A stretch of 60,633 nt of DNA, filler included, from Platydemus manokwari (lineage: Eukaryota), in assembly GCA_037951405.1 (NCBI GenBank). It is 6 parts of 6 records of this genome, joined end to end, with 100 filler letters (N's around TTAATTAATTAA, not from the genome) between each part and the next. Parts side by side here need not be neighbours in the genome. Positions count along the whole stretch, not along the records: positions 1 to 11,041 come from JBBMOY010954417.1; positions 11,142 to 20,685 come from JBBMOY011234431.1; 4 more parts are not named here. One strand, 5' to 3'. The position numbers and the translations under genes are program-made. The notes beneath the pieces are model-generated. The model saw only the letters and a program-made list of their open reading frames with translations. It was not told the DNA's origin and searched no databases. This document shows positions 1-14,371 of the stretch, in pieces (position 1 is the stretch's first letter; each line of letters starts with the position of its first letter).

Positions 1-1
1 T

Positions 2-76
2 TCTTTGATTACGAAAAAAAAGTTGTATGAGCTTGGCTATGAAATTCTTGATCATCCCCCATATTCGCCAGATTTG
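2..76 (+). mobile_element. mariner transposase fragment
   Basis: Frame 2 reads SLITKKKLYELGYEILDHPPYSPDL; HPPYSPDL is the mariner catalytic-domain motif. Truncated immediately after. Confidence 0.85.
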
Positions 77-2974
77 TAATAATAGAGTGAAGTATGAAAG
101 ATAGAAGTAGATTTTGATTTAACTAAAGTAATACAATACAATGTGTTATACGTAAAGTTTTAATACAGAGTACAATAAAAAGTGAAGCAAGTAAACTAAT
201 TTAATTATACCAACGACACAACTTGAAACAAGCACTTTTTATTATTATTGAGTTTTATCAATAAATTATTCTAGATAAAAAATTGTCCACTAATCAGTGA
301 GACGTGTATCACATGGAATTTATAAAATAGATAAGACTCGAATTATTATGAAGACTATTTGTGCACAAATTCACACAAATTGCGATTGTTTAATTCAATA
401 CAAAAGATTTTTAAAAAGTGAAATTAGGAAGATTCGATAACAGTTTTACTTTCAACAAGTCTCTACTTTATCATAGATTTTGCAATATCTATAGTAACGT
501 AATTGTTATTGTTTAAATTAGTTAGTGTTTATGTTTCTGAGATAGTTTTATTGATATTACCATAAATGATCTAAATGGTAGCCATGTTACGGAAATAAGT
601 ACTGTAACTAGGAAACAACAACGGAAGCAAATGTTAAAGAGTTTGCATAAAAAAGGAACGGAATTATAACAACATGTGGACTCCAGTTACCAGACATGAA
701 AAAGGATATTGGGTCATCTGAATATTAGCTCATCATGAATATAAATAAAGGAAACATTATTTTAGATCTAAATGTCTCGGTTTCATGGATTGGTGAAGTA
801 GTTTATTGATTAATGGGTGCCATATTGATAATAAAATATTAAAAAGCGCCTCTATGACTTCCACTACCAGGTTGAGTCAAAAGTTATTCATGTTTTTATG
901 CAGGTATTTCATTAACACAAATTGAACTGAAAAGACGAAAATCATCCTGATATCGACAAATTTTTATCCGAATAAATTTTTTGAGATCTTAAGTTTCATA
1001 TTTTTCTTAATACTTGCACTATTTAAATTACATCATATTAAGTAAAAGCATAATTGCTTAGAAAATCGTAAATTTCTAAAAACTTAATCATAAATACAAC
1101 TTTCTATTCGAATAAGAAACTGTTCTTATATTTGTGGTAAGTAACGATTCGTTGTATTTATAAGAAATCTTTATCTTTGCATGTTTTCGACCTTCGTATC
1201 AAAAATTTTATTTAAAATTAATATTTGTTAAAATTGTAAACCAACTTAACCAGCTCCAAGCATGTTTAATAATATAATATTAATTATGATTTTAAGATAA
1301 TTTTAAAATTAAAAGTATCAATGCACTTTCTCTTAATGCAGTAAAAATGTTCTAATTAATTTGATTTAGAAATTTGATGCCTCAAAATAGATAATAATGA
1401 TAAAATCAATGATATAGTTATTACGCAATTTATAAATAAAGAACACTATAATGAGAATAAAATGTAATGATTTTAAATGCTCTAAATTTTACAAACAGAT
1501 TAAAAGTGTTGAGATTACTTAAAACCACAAGGACAAAACTAGCCCTACTATCCCCACATAGCTGGCTTTAAAAGAAAATGAAAGTTGGGAAAAATTGGAA
1601 ACATTTAACCTTGGGTGATTGGAATTAAATCTAAGTAGTATCATCGTGGATAATCCAAATTAATTAGAAACGTTATTGATAACTTGTGCAATTCATTGTC
1701 AGAATATGAATATAGAATGGCTTCTAAAATAATGCTTGTGTTGGTGGCGTAGTAAATAAAGCGTTCAATGTTGATAGAATGATGAAAATTTGATTTCTAG
1801 ATTGTGATAATTGATAAAGCGTCTATTTACAATTTGCTTTCTTAAACTTGTTCTTCGTTAACTGATTTTGAGATAACAATTATTGCAGATTTTGTTTCTG
1901 AGTTTCAGTGTTCTAAATTTCTGTGCAATGTAAAAGTTACTGGACTTCTGGGCTCTCCAATTTTGCTCTTGCATCAAAATTACTTAGCGTGTACTTTTAT
2001 TCACGATATTTTGATATGTAGGTGGCACCCATCAGTTTGCTTAAATAGCACAACTGCCTCTCTTACAAAGTAAAATTGTATTGGAAGTAAAAGTTTTATG
2101 TCTGAAAACTTATTTTAACAAATCATTACAAAAAAATCACTTTCTCATCACATCAATTCTATGAACATTAATGTCCCAGTTGACCAAGGCACTATTGAAT
2201 TTTTCACTACTACATTTGCTTTTAAAGATAAATAGAGTGTCAAAATAAATTTGTGATTGTGATTTTTGTTTATAAACTCTTTGAGATATAAAGAAATATC
2301 GAGCACAAGATATAATTATGCTTGACTTCAGTAATACCAAAAGTGAAACAGAATATTGCACATTTAATTATATTCATATTTTATTATCATTTATATTGAG
2401 AAAATTGTGGTTTTCAGTACATTTTATTAATTGAAATGTCTTTTCATAATTTCAGTTTAAATTTTCAAAAGGTTGCATATTTTTCACCATAACAACAGTG
2501 TGTTAACCATCGAATAGATTTATCATATTTGATGAAAATTAATAAATAATAAAACGTTATAAACTTTGTTTACTCTAAAGACCAATATGTATTTTTTAAA
2601 CAGTTATGTGACATACTTATTGGTTAAAACTTAGAAAAACTAGTAATTATTACTTAAAATTTGAATTTTCTTATTTTTTAGAAGCTCTTGTATTATTGGT
2701 AAGATTTAACTTGAGCTACACATGAGTTTCAAACTAAAAACTAAATTATCTTTTATTTATAAACTTTTTACTGTATGCGGATGATAGTTTTTGAATATTT
2801 CAATTATTTCCTTGTATTAACGTGTTAAAGTCTTTTGAATTTGAAATCGTACAATTTTAAACTCAATTTAAATTAATATAAAAATTATTTAAAAATTCTT
2901 TGTTTAAATAAATTAATATTTTCCAAACTTTTCAGATATTTTCTAACTCCATACGAGATAATAATTTGATTTGA

Positions 2975-5900
2975 ATGTCACGACAAAGGAATAATTGGTT
3001 TATATCGACTCTAATGTTTTACTTTTTAATTTTTATTTAGGTCATACAAAGTATTTTATTTTTTTGAAAACTAAATTTGGATTTTTTAAATGGCTTTAAT
3101 TTAGAGACCTTTTTATAACCCATTTAAATATGTTGCACAATGTAATTTTATTTTTCTCAATTGCTTATATTAATTAATAGATGAAAACAGATATTATAAC
3201 GCAAGTACAACCACACACACATTTGGCTCAAACGTTTGTGATGAAAGACGAAATGCTAATGCATTTATAACTGTTAGAAAATTTGACTCTTTTTGTTTAA
3301 TGCTTTATTATTTCTAGAATATGAATTTTAATATAAATACATCTAAGAAGTGGTTAAATAAACCGAAAAATAATAGTAGAACAAATAATAAATATGTTAA
3401 TCAAAATCATAAAGAAAAATTGAGTAAATCCTTAAGTGCTGTTAATAAAGTCTGATTCTTTCTAGATATCGCAATAAGGAATCAGGAAAACACAAGTACG
3501 AATCGAACTGTTTCAATACCGAATACAAATAAGAATCATATTAAATGTTCTTTAAACGTTAATGAGAACAAAAAGATGAACTTAGATATAGATTCAAATA
3601 TTATAACACCCGATAAATCATCTATACCTGCAAATGTATTATCGATCGAAGAAGCTATGGAATTAATGAAACCGAACAAAAGGAAATGTTCTACCGACAA
3701 TAACAGTGATGACATTTCGAATAAAAAATGCAAAGTTTCTACAGATACCAATCATAGCCCGATAAATTGTTTGAATCCTCATTTACAAAGCTTGCAAAAT
3801 TATGATGCCGATTTGAACAAATTGAAATCAGAAATCAAATCACAAATGAAACTCGTTCGAGAAATCAAAGAGAAATTCGACAAGGAATATGATATTTTAA
3901 AAGAGGTACTTTAAAAGAGTAATTTAAATTTTCTCTAAATGAAATTAATAATGAATTATAAAAAATAATTATATTACTTATTAAAATAATCAGTAGTATT
4001 GCATTAGTTAATATTATTATCATTATAATAATTATTATCATTTGCTAATTGATATTATGGGTTATTAAATGAAATATTGCAGTTGAAGGTGAAAAAAATA
4101 AGCATGATGAAGAAAGTGAAGAAAATCTGCAGAAGTATAAATGATAATAATAATAATCAATAAACAGGGCATAATTATTATTTAAATACAGATTTATCAA
4201 AGGAGGATGAAAATGATTCTGATATGGACGATATTGAGATAAGAATTGCACCACCAAATGAAATAATGTTCGTTGAATGATGATAATATTGGTGTTGATT
4301 AAATGTTATTCGTTGCCATAGAGATCTGGATTCGGACTCGGAGGATTCGGATGGATCTGATTCATCATCATCGGATTGTATTGAATTGATCACAGAATCA
4401 ATCCAGTCATCATCAACACCATTGGCAAAGGGTTCAACAATCACTGTGCCATTGTCGTCATCATCATCCAGTTCATCATCGAGTTCATCAATAATTCAAT
4501 CCAATAATAATGAGAACAATATTAAAACGATTTTATCACCATCAAAAACATCTCAAACACCAACACAATTGCCCAACCCTTTCAGCACAATCACCACACC
4601 GACAATACCAGTGATGGCCAATGCAAACCCCTCAACATCATCCACTAAGATGTGTTCATCAGAATTGCCCAATTTAACAGATATCAAATGTTCAACTGAC
4701 ATCAATATTACGACAGCATCCATGCCGAAAATGCCATCATCACCAATATCAACAAACGATCATCAATCTAGAACATCTGTACCAGGTCCAACAATCAAGA
4801 AAGGTCTTTTTATAATCGATATTTTATTATTAATCAATCAAATTAAACATTTATTTATTATTATTAACCAGTCAAATAATGCATTTATTTATTATTAACC
4901 AATCAAAAGCTATTAATTTATTATTATTAACCAATCAAATAATTATTAATGTATTATTAATCATTTACATGGCTATTGATTTATTAACCAATTAAGTGAT
5001 CCATTTTTATTAATATTAACCAATCAAATGATTCATTTATTATTAACCAATCAAAATAAACATTTATTTATTATTATTAACCAATCAAATGACCCATTAT
5101 CCCAATATCATAAGCAATATATAATCTCATTCAATCAATATTGATCTATCTGAATATATCCATTATATTGTTACAATTATAATAAATTATTGTCATCCTC
5201 TCTATCATAATAACTTATATATATATCATTCTAGTTTATCATTGCTACCAAATATAGAACATATATTTCTGTATCTATTGTTATTATCCATGATTGATTA
5301 ATGTTATTATCAGAATCCAACAATCATTCACATGATAAATCATTCATTCACATCATTCCTGATAATGATATCATTGAACTCAAGAATGAACTGCTCCAAA
5401 CATTAAAAACCGATCCCGAAAATAGTTCATTAAATACAATCGAACCCAAATTGAATACAATAATTGTGAGCAAGATTGCCGACACATTTATCACAGATAT
5501 CAAAATATTCAACAATAGATTATTTGTTAGTGCCTCTCATGGTTTACTCAGACAATACAGTTTGAGCACACATGAATGCATTATGGATTATATGGGCCAT
5601 AGCAATCTGGTTCATTGCATATTAGCTACAGCATATTCAACAGGTTTCAATCGATTGATCAGTGGAGGTTTCGATCAGAATCTCTTGATTCATAATATTG
5701 ATGTAATTAAATATTCATTCATTGGACAGTTTGATTATCATCATCATGCTGTAGACGGGATTAATCTTGAAAAACATTCCATCTGATCGACCCATCATGG
5801 CCTTGTGTGATCTAGCTGACAATATTTATATTGGAAATGGTGGTGGAAATATTACCGTTTATTCATTGGATAAAAATCAAGTCGTAGGTGAATTTCAGGC

Positions 5901-7882
5901 TTCGAAATCTGGAATATCTTGTCTATCTGCAAGTAAGGAAACTAGTCGAAGCTTGTTATTTGTCGGTTCAAATGTGAGTTTTCAATTCATTTTTATTATA
6001 TTTTTATAAATATCTAAATAAATTATTAACTAACTACTAACTAAAATCTAGTAAGTAATAATTATGTTAATTATTATTATTTTTTAATTTTATAGTTTTA
6101 TTTAACAAATAAATATCGAACAACATTAACATGATAACGTTTGTTATTTTCTTGAGTGCTAAATTTTATGCTATTGAATTATTTCAAAAATTTTAAAAAT
6201 TAGCTGCTTACAATAGTGAGTAGCTTATAAGCAATTAAAATTTTATTATTGGTTTTTCTTCAATTGTAAAAATTTATTTTATGCAATATTTGGATGATTT
6301 ATTAGATAATTTAAATGTAATTTAATTGAAACGGAATTCTAGTGAAATAAATTTAAAAATATTAAATTGATATCAGTTTGTTTTTATTTTTGATATTCAT
6401 ACACGGCCTGTAACTAATAAACCAATAATGATATGTGAAACGATATATATCGATGTGATAAAAATATATATTTCCCAGGATGGAGAATATTGTATTTGGG
6501 ATGCTGTGACATTAATGAAAATTAAAGTGATCACGCCATTAGCACATATTGATGCACCCATTGGATTTGTGTTACTCCAAAAGCAGCGGTTAATGGCATT
6601 TACAAAAAACCATGTCCATTTCATTAATTATGTGGTGAGTTATTTTGTGATTATTTTGTGATTTCATTCCATCATTTAAATATAAAATTATTATTTAACT
6701 ATAATGATCGATTAATTACTGATTTACAAAATAATCAATATTGTATTTCATAAACATGTTACCAATTGGCATTAGTATTCACTAATTGTTATTTTATAAT
6801 TATTTCGTATTTCCATGACTGATTTGGTTGGGTTGATATCGATTTTTTGTTTGATTAATACACCCATTATTATGTGCAACACAAACTGGCATACACAACA
6901 ATGGATTCGTTGTTGGTGATCATTTATTTTCATGGAGATTTTATATTTGTTGTCTAATAGTGGAATAATGGTGTTGTCATGACAACGGATCAATTGAGTG
7001 TATTTCTTATAAAAACATTGTTATCACTGGAGATGTCATTTAATGCTATCATATTGATCACATGAATTTAATATATAAAATGGTTCCCCCCCAAAATGCT
7101 AATATAGCGCTATAGTGTAATATTTGGTACCAGTATTGATTTCTTATAAATCAATTGTTATTATAGATGTTATTTAATGCTATCATATTGATCACAGGCA
7201 TTTCATATATGCAATTGCTACCCATTATTCTCCCCCCTCAAAACTATTAATATAGCGCTATAATGCAATATTTGTTGACTGTGTTGATTTCTTATATTTC
7301 CAAATATATTCAAATATCAAATCTAAATCTCCAACATATTCTTGACAATAAGCTCACATTTGATGGCTTGATCCATTTACCAAAGATTATCATTATTGAT
7401 TTAATCAATATTTTCAAATTGTTTTCACAATCGATTTATCTGTGAAAATCATTTATTATTCAACAATATTTGATTATCATTCAATTCCATAGAAATCCAA
7501 AAATCCGACATCATTGAATCATTTTTCCGTCATCAAAAGTATGTGTTTGACGAAAAATTATGCCATTATTGGCGGAATGATGGGAAATATTTCCGTTTAC
7601 AAGTTGAAGGTAACAATTTGTCGTGTCATTTTGTGTCAGAATTTTACCCGATATATTTTGTTTCCATTTTCCTCCCATATCTTTAGGGCTCAGTCATAAT
7701 GAAAAATCCAATAAAATCTCTCAACAATTCACCATCTGCAATTATCTCGTTGACATTTTATAATAACACGGTAATGATTGTAATAGCTTTATTCTGTTCT
7801 ATCCATTGACCGATTCATCTATTAGATTATATCCGGCAACAAGATGGGCAGAATTCATTTCAATCGATTACTGGAATCATGA
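2975..7882 (+). CDS. ZNF106: Multi-exon gene with low-complexity Ser/Thr-rich N-terminal region and C-terminal WD40 propeller, ZNF106-like (5' exon structure approximate)
   Basis: WD40 exons: ITDIKIFNNRLFVSASHGLLRQYSLSTHECIMDYMGHSNLVHCIL...LISGGFDQ, then GT-AG intron 5703-5754, then TGLILKNIPSDRPIMALC...GISCLSASKETSRSLLFVGSN. Last exon 7826-7882 reads IISGNKMGRIHFNRLLES*. Repeat order and the SCLxxxxExxRxLLxVGS motif match ZNF106 as I remember it. No zinc fingers identified. Confidence 0.6.
4825..5100. repeat. Intronic minisatellite (ATTATTAACCAATCAAAT-like unit)
   Basis: Several imperfect copies of ttattaaccaatcaaa in tandem. Confidence 0.75.
7000..7297. repeat. Intronic tandem duplication, ~140 bp x2
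   Basis: atttaatgctatcatattgatcac...ccccc...aatatagcgctata...ttgatttcttata occurs twice. Confidence 0.7.
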
Positions 7883-10800
7883 TTGTCCCCAAATTTATTA
7901 TCATGCTTTTGTTGCCTTGGTGATTTTATTTTAATGTAAATAGAATGTAAATATCCGATTTTGATAGATTTTTGTCAGATTTTTTGGAATAAATTTTGTC
8001 TTGTACTGTTTGATGTTTTAAAATACTCAATTATTGATTTTTAATATTCATTAGTGCGTTTGATGGATCAAATAATTATCATAATCAACGATGATGATTA
8101 ATGAAATTTATAATTTTTTCTGGATATTACAATTAGATAAAACTCCATTTGTCGGAAGTAGTGGCATAACAAAATCAATGGAGAGCCAGGTATTTATGAA
8201 TACTTTATATCTAGAATTGTTCGTAATGAATTTGTTGGAAATTATGTAAGAATAAGGCACGTAATTATAAAAAATAAGGAATGTCATACAAAAAATAGGC
8301 ATTGCTACATAAAATTAAATAAAGAGTGGTGGACTATAAAATTATTCTCTGATCCATTGACACTTGGATCTACGATTTATTATAATACCAAGTTATAACT
8401 TTCCCATCAACGAAATCTACATTTTCACAAATTCTCAGTAGCAGCGCCATCTTTCGAGAAGTATAGACTTAAAATTCTTAATAATTCATAGTTCCTTTAG
8501 ACTGGTTCTCAACTATCTAAAGTTTCTACTTTATTATTGTATTTTATTAATGGCTTATTGCCTCATTGTTTGTTTGCTTGGACCTAAGCCGAAATATCGC
8601 AGTAATTAACTAATTAAAAATAAAAAATGTTGTGTCCAAATATCCTCAACGTTTATAAGCACGGAGATGATTCTTCTGGACAAAGATGGCATTAGAATTT
8701 ATTAATTTGGAATTGTTATAGCTTATTAGGATCCAAATTAATTTGAATAAATCCTGATTGTTTGTATTATTTTGGTTATATGGTAATTTGTTGGGATTCT
8801 GGCCCAAAATTTTATTTTAATCAATGTGAATTTTATATTTAGAAAATCTTTGAAATTTTTGAGAAAAGATCAGTTTGAAATATCGATATTTATAATAATT
8901 ATTATTTATACATAATATAAAATAATAATATTAATAAAACCATCAATAGCAAACCCGTCGAAATTCCCTAAAATAATAAATTAATCTATAAAATATCAAT
9001 ACACAATAAGATATCGCGCATTAACATCGACAAATAAATTGTCATCTATTTTCGCTTATGAAAATTCTATCACAGAATAAAATAATCATTCGATTAAATT
9101 TAATCGAGAGATATTTTCTCTGTCTAATAAATATATTTAGAGAGAATTTCTCTCACCAGTGAATAAATTCACTGGCATTAGATTTGATTGCAGAGAATAT
9201 CTGCGAGTGATTCACACAGCCTATGTAAGGTAGTAATCACAATCAACCCAATACAATTTTACTGCCATTAAAATTTTCACTACCTACAATTTCACATTTG
9301 CTAAGATGACCTTATACGCTACATCGATTGGAGAATAAGCATCATTTAAATTTCAATTCGACGCACAGTAGAAGATCATCTGGTGCAGAAGATAAAATAT
9401 TCCCGTATATGCCCGGTTTTTTACTGGAAGATCCAAAGTAAGAATCATACCTGTAAAATAGTGATCTATATTATATATCGTATCTTGTATTTCCTTTTAT
9501 AGAGTTTTTGCTCAAATATCTTGAAGGTAAAGGTACTGCTCCTCGAGTTGGAGTAAGTTAAGCGTTCTTTTTCTGGAAGTTGTAAGGTCATTTATAAGTA
9601 TAATTTGATGTTTAAGTGTAGTTTTCAAAATCAATCTGTAATTTTTATTTTTATTTTATGTAAAACAGTTTGTGTATTGGTGTTATATTTAATAAACATT
9701 TGCAGCATTAAATCTTAGTTGTTAATCATATAGGGATCGTAAAATCATAGTTTATAATTATTGTAAAAAAATATAGTTAATAGTTTAAACAGGGTTAAGT
9801 ATTTTGAGACTGATAGTTAAGTTAATTAAAAGTTAATTAAGTTAAGTTAATTAAAGCTGTGCGAGGTGAAGAAACATCAATATAAGATGTGGCCTTAAAC
9901 ACACGTGGCCTTAATCAAGAGCTCATAGAGACTGATTAAGATAGTAGTGGTATCAAATAACATTAAGCATAGTTAAGCAATAAAATCAATAAGGCCTGAT
10001 AGTAAAAATTTTATTGACTATGAGTTATTGATCATTTTATCTGTTTATCGATCTGTCTTGTTGTAATATAATTAAATTTTATTCATTTCCTTACTTTCAT
10101 TTATAAATAACTCTGATTTATAAATAACACACCACAATCTATAGTTTAACAACAACCGCTTTGGAGTCAGATCTATAAATTATGAACTAAACAAACCTAA
10201 TAAATGTAAGACAAAACACGTTGTAAATTAGGTCCATTAGTTTTTATTTCTATCAAGTGAACATTGTTGCAACATTTATCGAGTCAAACTTTAATTTGAA
10301 CTGAAATCAATTGTATTGATTTTACATCAAATAATTTTCCTAAGATTGTTACCAGCAATTAATCGAAACAAGTTGACAGAAGGTATTCATTTGAGCTATC
10401 TGCTTATAACTTTCAATCCGAAACCCATAAATACAAACCACATTTAGCAAATATATATATATATATATATATAATATTCGACATTGAATTTGGAAACACC
10501 CTACAAATATCAGTTATCAGAATGTTTTTATTCCAATAATTAATGCAAATAAAATGCTAACATTTTAGCCTTTTAAAATTGTTTACAAACCCATTAGAAT
10601 GCTTAATTGTTTTGTTGATTATCCTATTGAGCAATCATAGAACATTTTCATTCATAGTCAAGCATCAATTAAACATTCGTTTTATTGGGATTTTTAATTA
10701 CGTTTCTAGTTAATTATAGCTTAAAAATAACGATGTCGTATCATTCTCCTGGTAATATTACTTTATGCATATATTATGAAGTGTAAATATATAAATGGCT

Positions 10801-10960
10801 TTATATAATAATATAATATTTCCGACATTCAGATGATATTAAAAAGCCATTTGATTATTGAATGGTATACGAATAATATTGAAATCCAAACAATAATAAC
10901 ACGATAGCCAATCAAATAAACTTTTTTAATTAAAACAGTAATCTACTAGATATAAATTTT

Positions 10961-10979
10961 AATAATAATAATAATGATG

Positions 10980-11025
<46 letters not shown>

Positions 11026-11041
11026 TAATAATAATAATAAT
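10961..11041. repeat. (AAT)n microsatellite at contig end
   Basis: Directly visible, abuts the gap. Confidence 0.95.
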
Positions 11042-11141
11042 NNNNNNNNNNNNNNNNNNNNNNNNNNNNNNNNNNNNNNNNNNNNTTAATTAATTAANNN
11101 NNNNNNNNNNNNNNNNNNNNNNNNNNNNNNNNNNNNNNNNN
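11042..11141. other. Assembly gap with TTAATTAATTAA linker (also ~20686-20784, ~29670-29769, ~39294-39393, ~48292-48391)
   Basis: Identical N-run/TTAATTAATTAA/N-run structure five times; the linker gives stops in all six frames. Confidence 0.95.
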
Positions 11142-11574
11142 ATGAAAATGATTAAATCTAAATATCGCAATCGACTCAATGATGAACATCTGAATTCATG
11201 CTTACGTTTGGCACTTAGTAATTATGCGCCATCCTATGAAAAGTATGCAGATGATATGCAGTGTCATTCTTCAGCATCAAAATAGCACTAGTTGTATCTT
11301 TACGATTAATAAATCCGTATAACCATTTATAAATTTTGTATTTTATTTTTATCCAGTGACTATATTCTAATCCAGGGGTGTTCAAACAGTCGATGATCCA
11401 GGGGCGGAATTATACTATCGCCAGTCCCCCAAGGCGAGACGGGCCTACAGCAGCTCATTCCAAAGGCCGGAAAGTGCTTTTGCACGGAGCGAGAACAAAA
11501 TTTGTACCAGTCGATCACTTGCCGCCTAATATTTTTGTAGTCGATCGCCAATGGTTTAAGTCTGAGCACCCCTG
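11142..11574 (+). mobile_element. hAT (Buster/SPIN-type) transposon 3' end: dimerisation-domain coding tail plus TIR(s)
   Basis: 11142-~11285 reads MKMIKSKYRNRLNDEHLNSCLRLALSNYAPSYEKYADDMQCHSSASK*, typical of the Buster/GTF2IRD2-like C-terminus. Inverted ends CAGGGGTGTTCAAAC (11373) and GTCTGAGCACCCCTG (ends 11574); flanks ttcTAatc / gtcTAagg fit the Buster NNNTANNN target. Confidence 0.85.
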
Positions 11575-11582
11575 GTCTAAGG

Positions 11583-12101
11583 TAAAATGATTGTTAAAAA
11601 TATGCAAGAGTGATGGAAAATCCTAGATACCAAGTACCGAATCTCAGCATCAATATAAACTGATGGATTTCCATCACAATTCACTCTCAAAAAATTCGAC
11701 ACGATGATATCCTAGTTTACGACATAGATATTGAAAGAGGAAAATTGAATTGAATGGTAAAGAACCAATAATATTACATTAATATTTTTAAATTAAATCT
11801 AAACAAATTATCATTTAACTCTAGAGGATTTGCCTTTGGAGTCAATAAATCAGATAAAATCTATATTAAAATTTTAAGATGCAAGTTTTGGGTTCTCACG
11901 GTCTCTGTGAGATAACCTTACATATCTGTTTATATAAATTTCTTAGTGTGACTTAAATTTTTCTGTTTGTAAATTTGTTTTGCGATAAATAAAGTTTTTA
12001 ACAAATTTGAGTGTTTTTTCGATCTTTCGATTTAAATATAGCAAGTTAACTCGCGCTGTTGAGTTGACGAAACAACTTTTAACATCACATACAATCCAAC
12101 A
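11583..12101 (+). mobile_element. LTR family A, partial copy
   Basis: Similar to the inverted copy at 47579-48291 (gtgatggaaa...aagtaccgaat...catcacaattcactct; cgctgttgagttg...ccaaca end). Confidence 0.7.
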
Positions 12102-12315
12102 CTTTAAATATTTTTATTATATTAAACGAGCGATCAAGCGACAACAACCTCTTATCTGTTTGGAGTCCAGATAAGTTGACGATTTTTGAGTGAATATAAT
12201 TATTAGATTAAAATCCTTCTGATAATCATTATAGTATTAGTTACATCGTTTACAAACTGTACATTTGTAATTTTAATTTATAATTACTATAAAACCACCT
12301 CGACAATCTTTAACA
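12102..12315 (+). mobile_element. LTR family B, 3' part
   Basis: aagcgacaacaacc..ttatc.gtttggagtccagataagttga...tgtacatttgtaattt...cgacaatctttaaca matches the 3' end of the solo LTR at 44289-45440. Confidence 0.75.
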
Positions 12316-14371
12316 AAATTCAAGGACAAACAAAATGCTATTTTTTGACAATTTGGAGATTTGTCTAAAGATAGAGTAAAAACTAAATGAAGAGGTGAAG
12401 AGAAATCGTAAGTACAGTTATAAGCAGAGATAAAGTAAATTTGGATTGATAGACTTTGGAACAGGTGAGCTCAAAAACCTTAGAATACATTGAAATGAAA
12501 TATTAAAAGAATTTGATGAAAATAAAGTAAAAAATTCGAAAAAGAAAAATACTGTGAACATAAATTGGGTAACAATATGACTCGTTTTAAAGAAATCCGA
12601 GGGAAACTTTGGAGTATCACTGACCAAGAATCGTGAAATTTCGAATTGGAAAAAAATGGAAAGTGAATTTTGTGCAGTGCTATCATCTCAGATTTGGAAA
12701 AGTAACGTTACTAGTTTAGGATTTTGACGAGTCATAATGAGTATTTTGGATGCGATAAAAGGAAAACTAATGGAAAAGTTTTAGACACTTATGTTACAAA
12801 TCTTCTAAGAAAGGTTGTATTTTCGGAAGATTGATATTATATATTAGATTTCGGCACGGAACACTCCGCTTATGTATTTAAATCAGTTGTTGAAGGATGA
12901 CAATTATTTGTTGATAATTATTATCCTCCCAGAAATGGATATTATGGTAAAAACTGAAGATGAATACTTTTGGAAAAGAGAAGTTCCTGTTGACATTGTA
13001 AGCAAAATTTGGTTGACGATGAATATTTACTTGATTAAGAAATTCTTACTAGAAAGATTTGTTAGGGATCATATATATAATTGAATATGGATACAATTAT
13101 AATAAAATAATATGTAAAATAAAAATTTCATAAAATAATATGTAAAATAAAATTTTCATAAAAGTTTCTTTATTCTCTACAAATCTATTCTTTGTGTATA
13201 AATAAATGGGTTAAATAAAAATCATTTAAAACTAAAACAAAGACGCCAGTGTTTAAATAAAAATCATTTAAAAACCACTTAGTACGAAAACAAAGACACT
13301 ATTACTGAAAAATAAACAAAGCAATCAGCAAACAGGCAATACAAAGCTCAATATTAGAAGAAATTTAAACAAAAACATATACACAAAGCTACGCTTTGTT
13401 CCATAGAGCTCCATACAAAAAATAGTATAAATACTGAGCATTGTCTCAGTCTAAACGCCTTACAACGCTGTAGTTAGACAAATTCGTATAATCTTAATGA
13501 CTCTCTTGCAACAACGATCTATTATGAGTAATTACTATTTATTCACTCTTATCTCTTCAGTTATAACTGCAATCCCTTTACGGGCTTGTCAGCACATATA
13601 ACTACTCTATCTTTCTAATCTTTAACCGGGTCCAGGTCTGTGTCCGAGCTATTAGGCGGCACCCATCATCTTCAGGGATAAGAATCGAAGCTTATCTTCT
13701 AGCAACTCTTCATCTAACAATTTAGTTATTCAGCTTGTATTTATTGTAAAAAGTTAATAAATATTATACGCTTCAATTTGTTGTTTTGTATTGTCATAAG
13801 GGTATTAAGAGTGCTAGTATCCGAAATTGATATACACGTTAGAAGAAGCACGGGCTCTTCTGACAGCTAAAATGAATAATTATATGAAACTCACTCCGTC
13901 GAGAGAGCAAACAAACACCTCCAATGGGTTACAAACTCCATGTCTATCACCGATAGTCATGCGCGCAGAGAAAGCATACACCTGCAATGAATACGAGGAA
14001 GAAGCCGAGACACGTGGGAAATCGAAGAAATTCCCAAGGAAAATTCAAATTAAGCTAAAAAAAGTCTCACATAAGTAATCACTGCCGAAAATGTGCTCGC
14101 AACCATTGAATTAATAACTGAGGAACAATCAATGTTGACTCAGTTTGCCGTTAACTTAGTAAGGGAAGCTCAAAGGAACCCTCAAGATGAACAAATGATC
14201 AAGATTATCTTAAAGAATCACATTTACACTACTATACCTACCGATGTATTGGCTGCCGCCGCACCAATACTGGTTGAAATCTTGGACAAAGGAGCCATTT
14301 ACCGAAAGGAAGTACAGTTACTCCTACAACGAAATGGGCTAGCCATTCGGAGTCAACCGCAAGAAGCACCT

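Noticed and set aside
75-212. TG...CA segment truncating the mariner fragment as a solo LTR
   Set aside because: No target-site duplication or second copy.
4825-5100. CRISPR-like repeat/spacer pattern
   Set aside because: Eukaryotic intron, degenerate AT-rich units, no unique spacers or cas genes.
11086-11097. TTAATTAATTAA palindrome recurring every ~9-10 kb
   Set aside because: Always centred in N-runs: an assembly linker. It also means adjacency of elements 1 and 2 across the gap is not proven.
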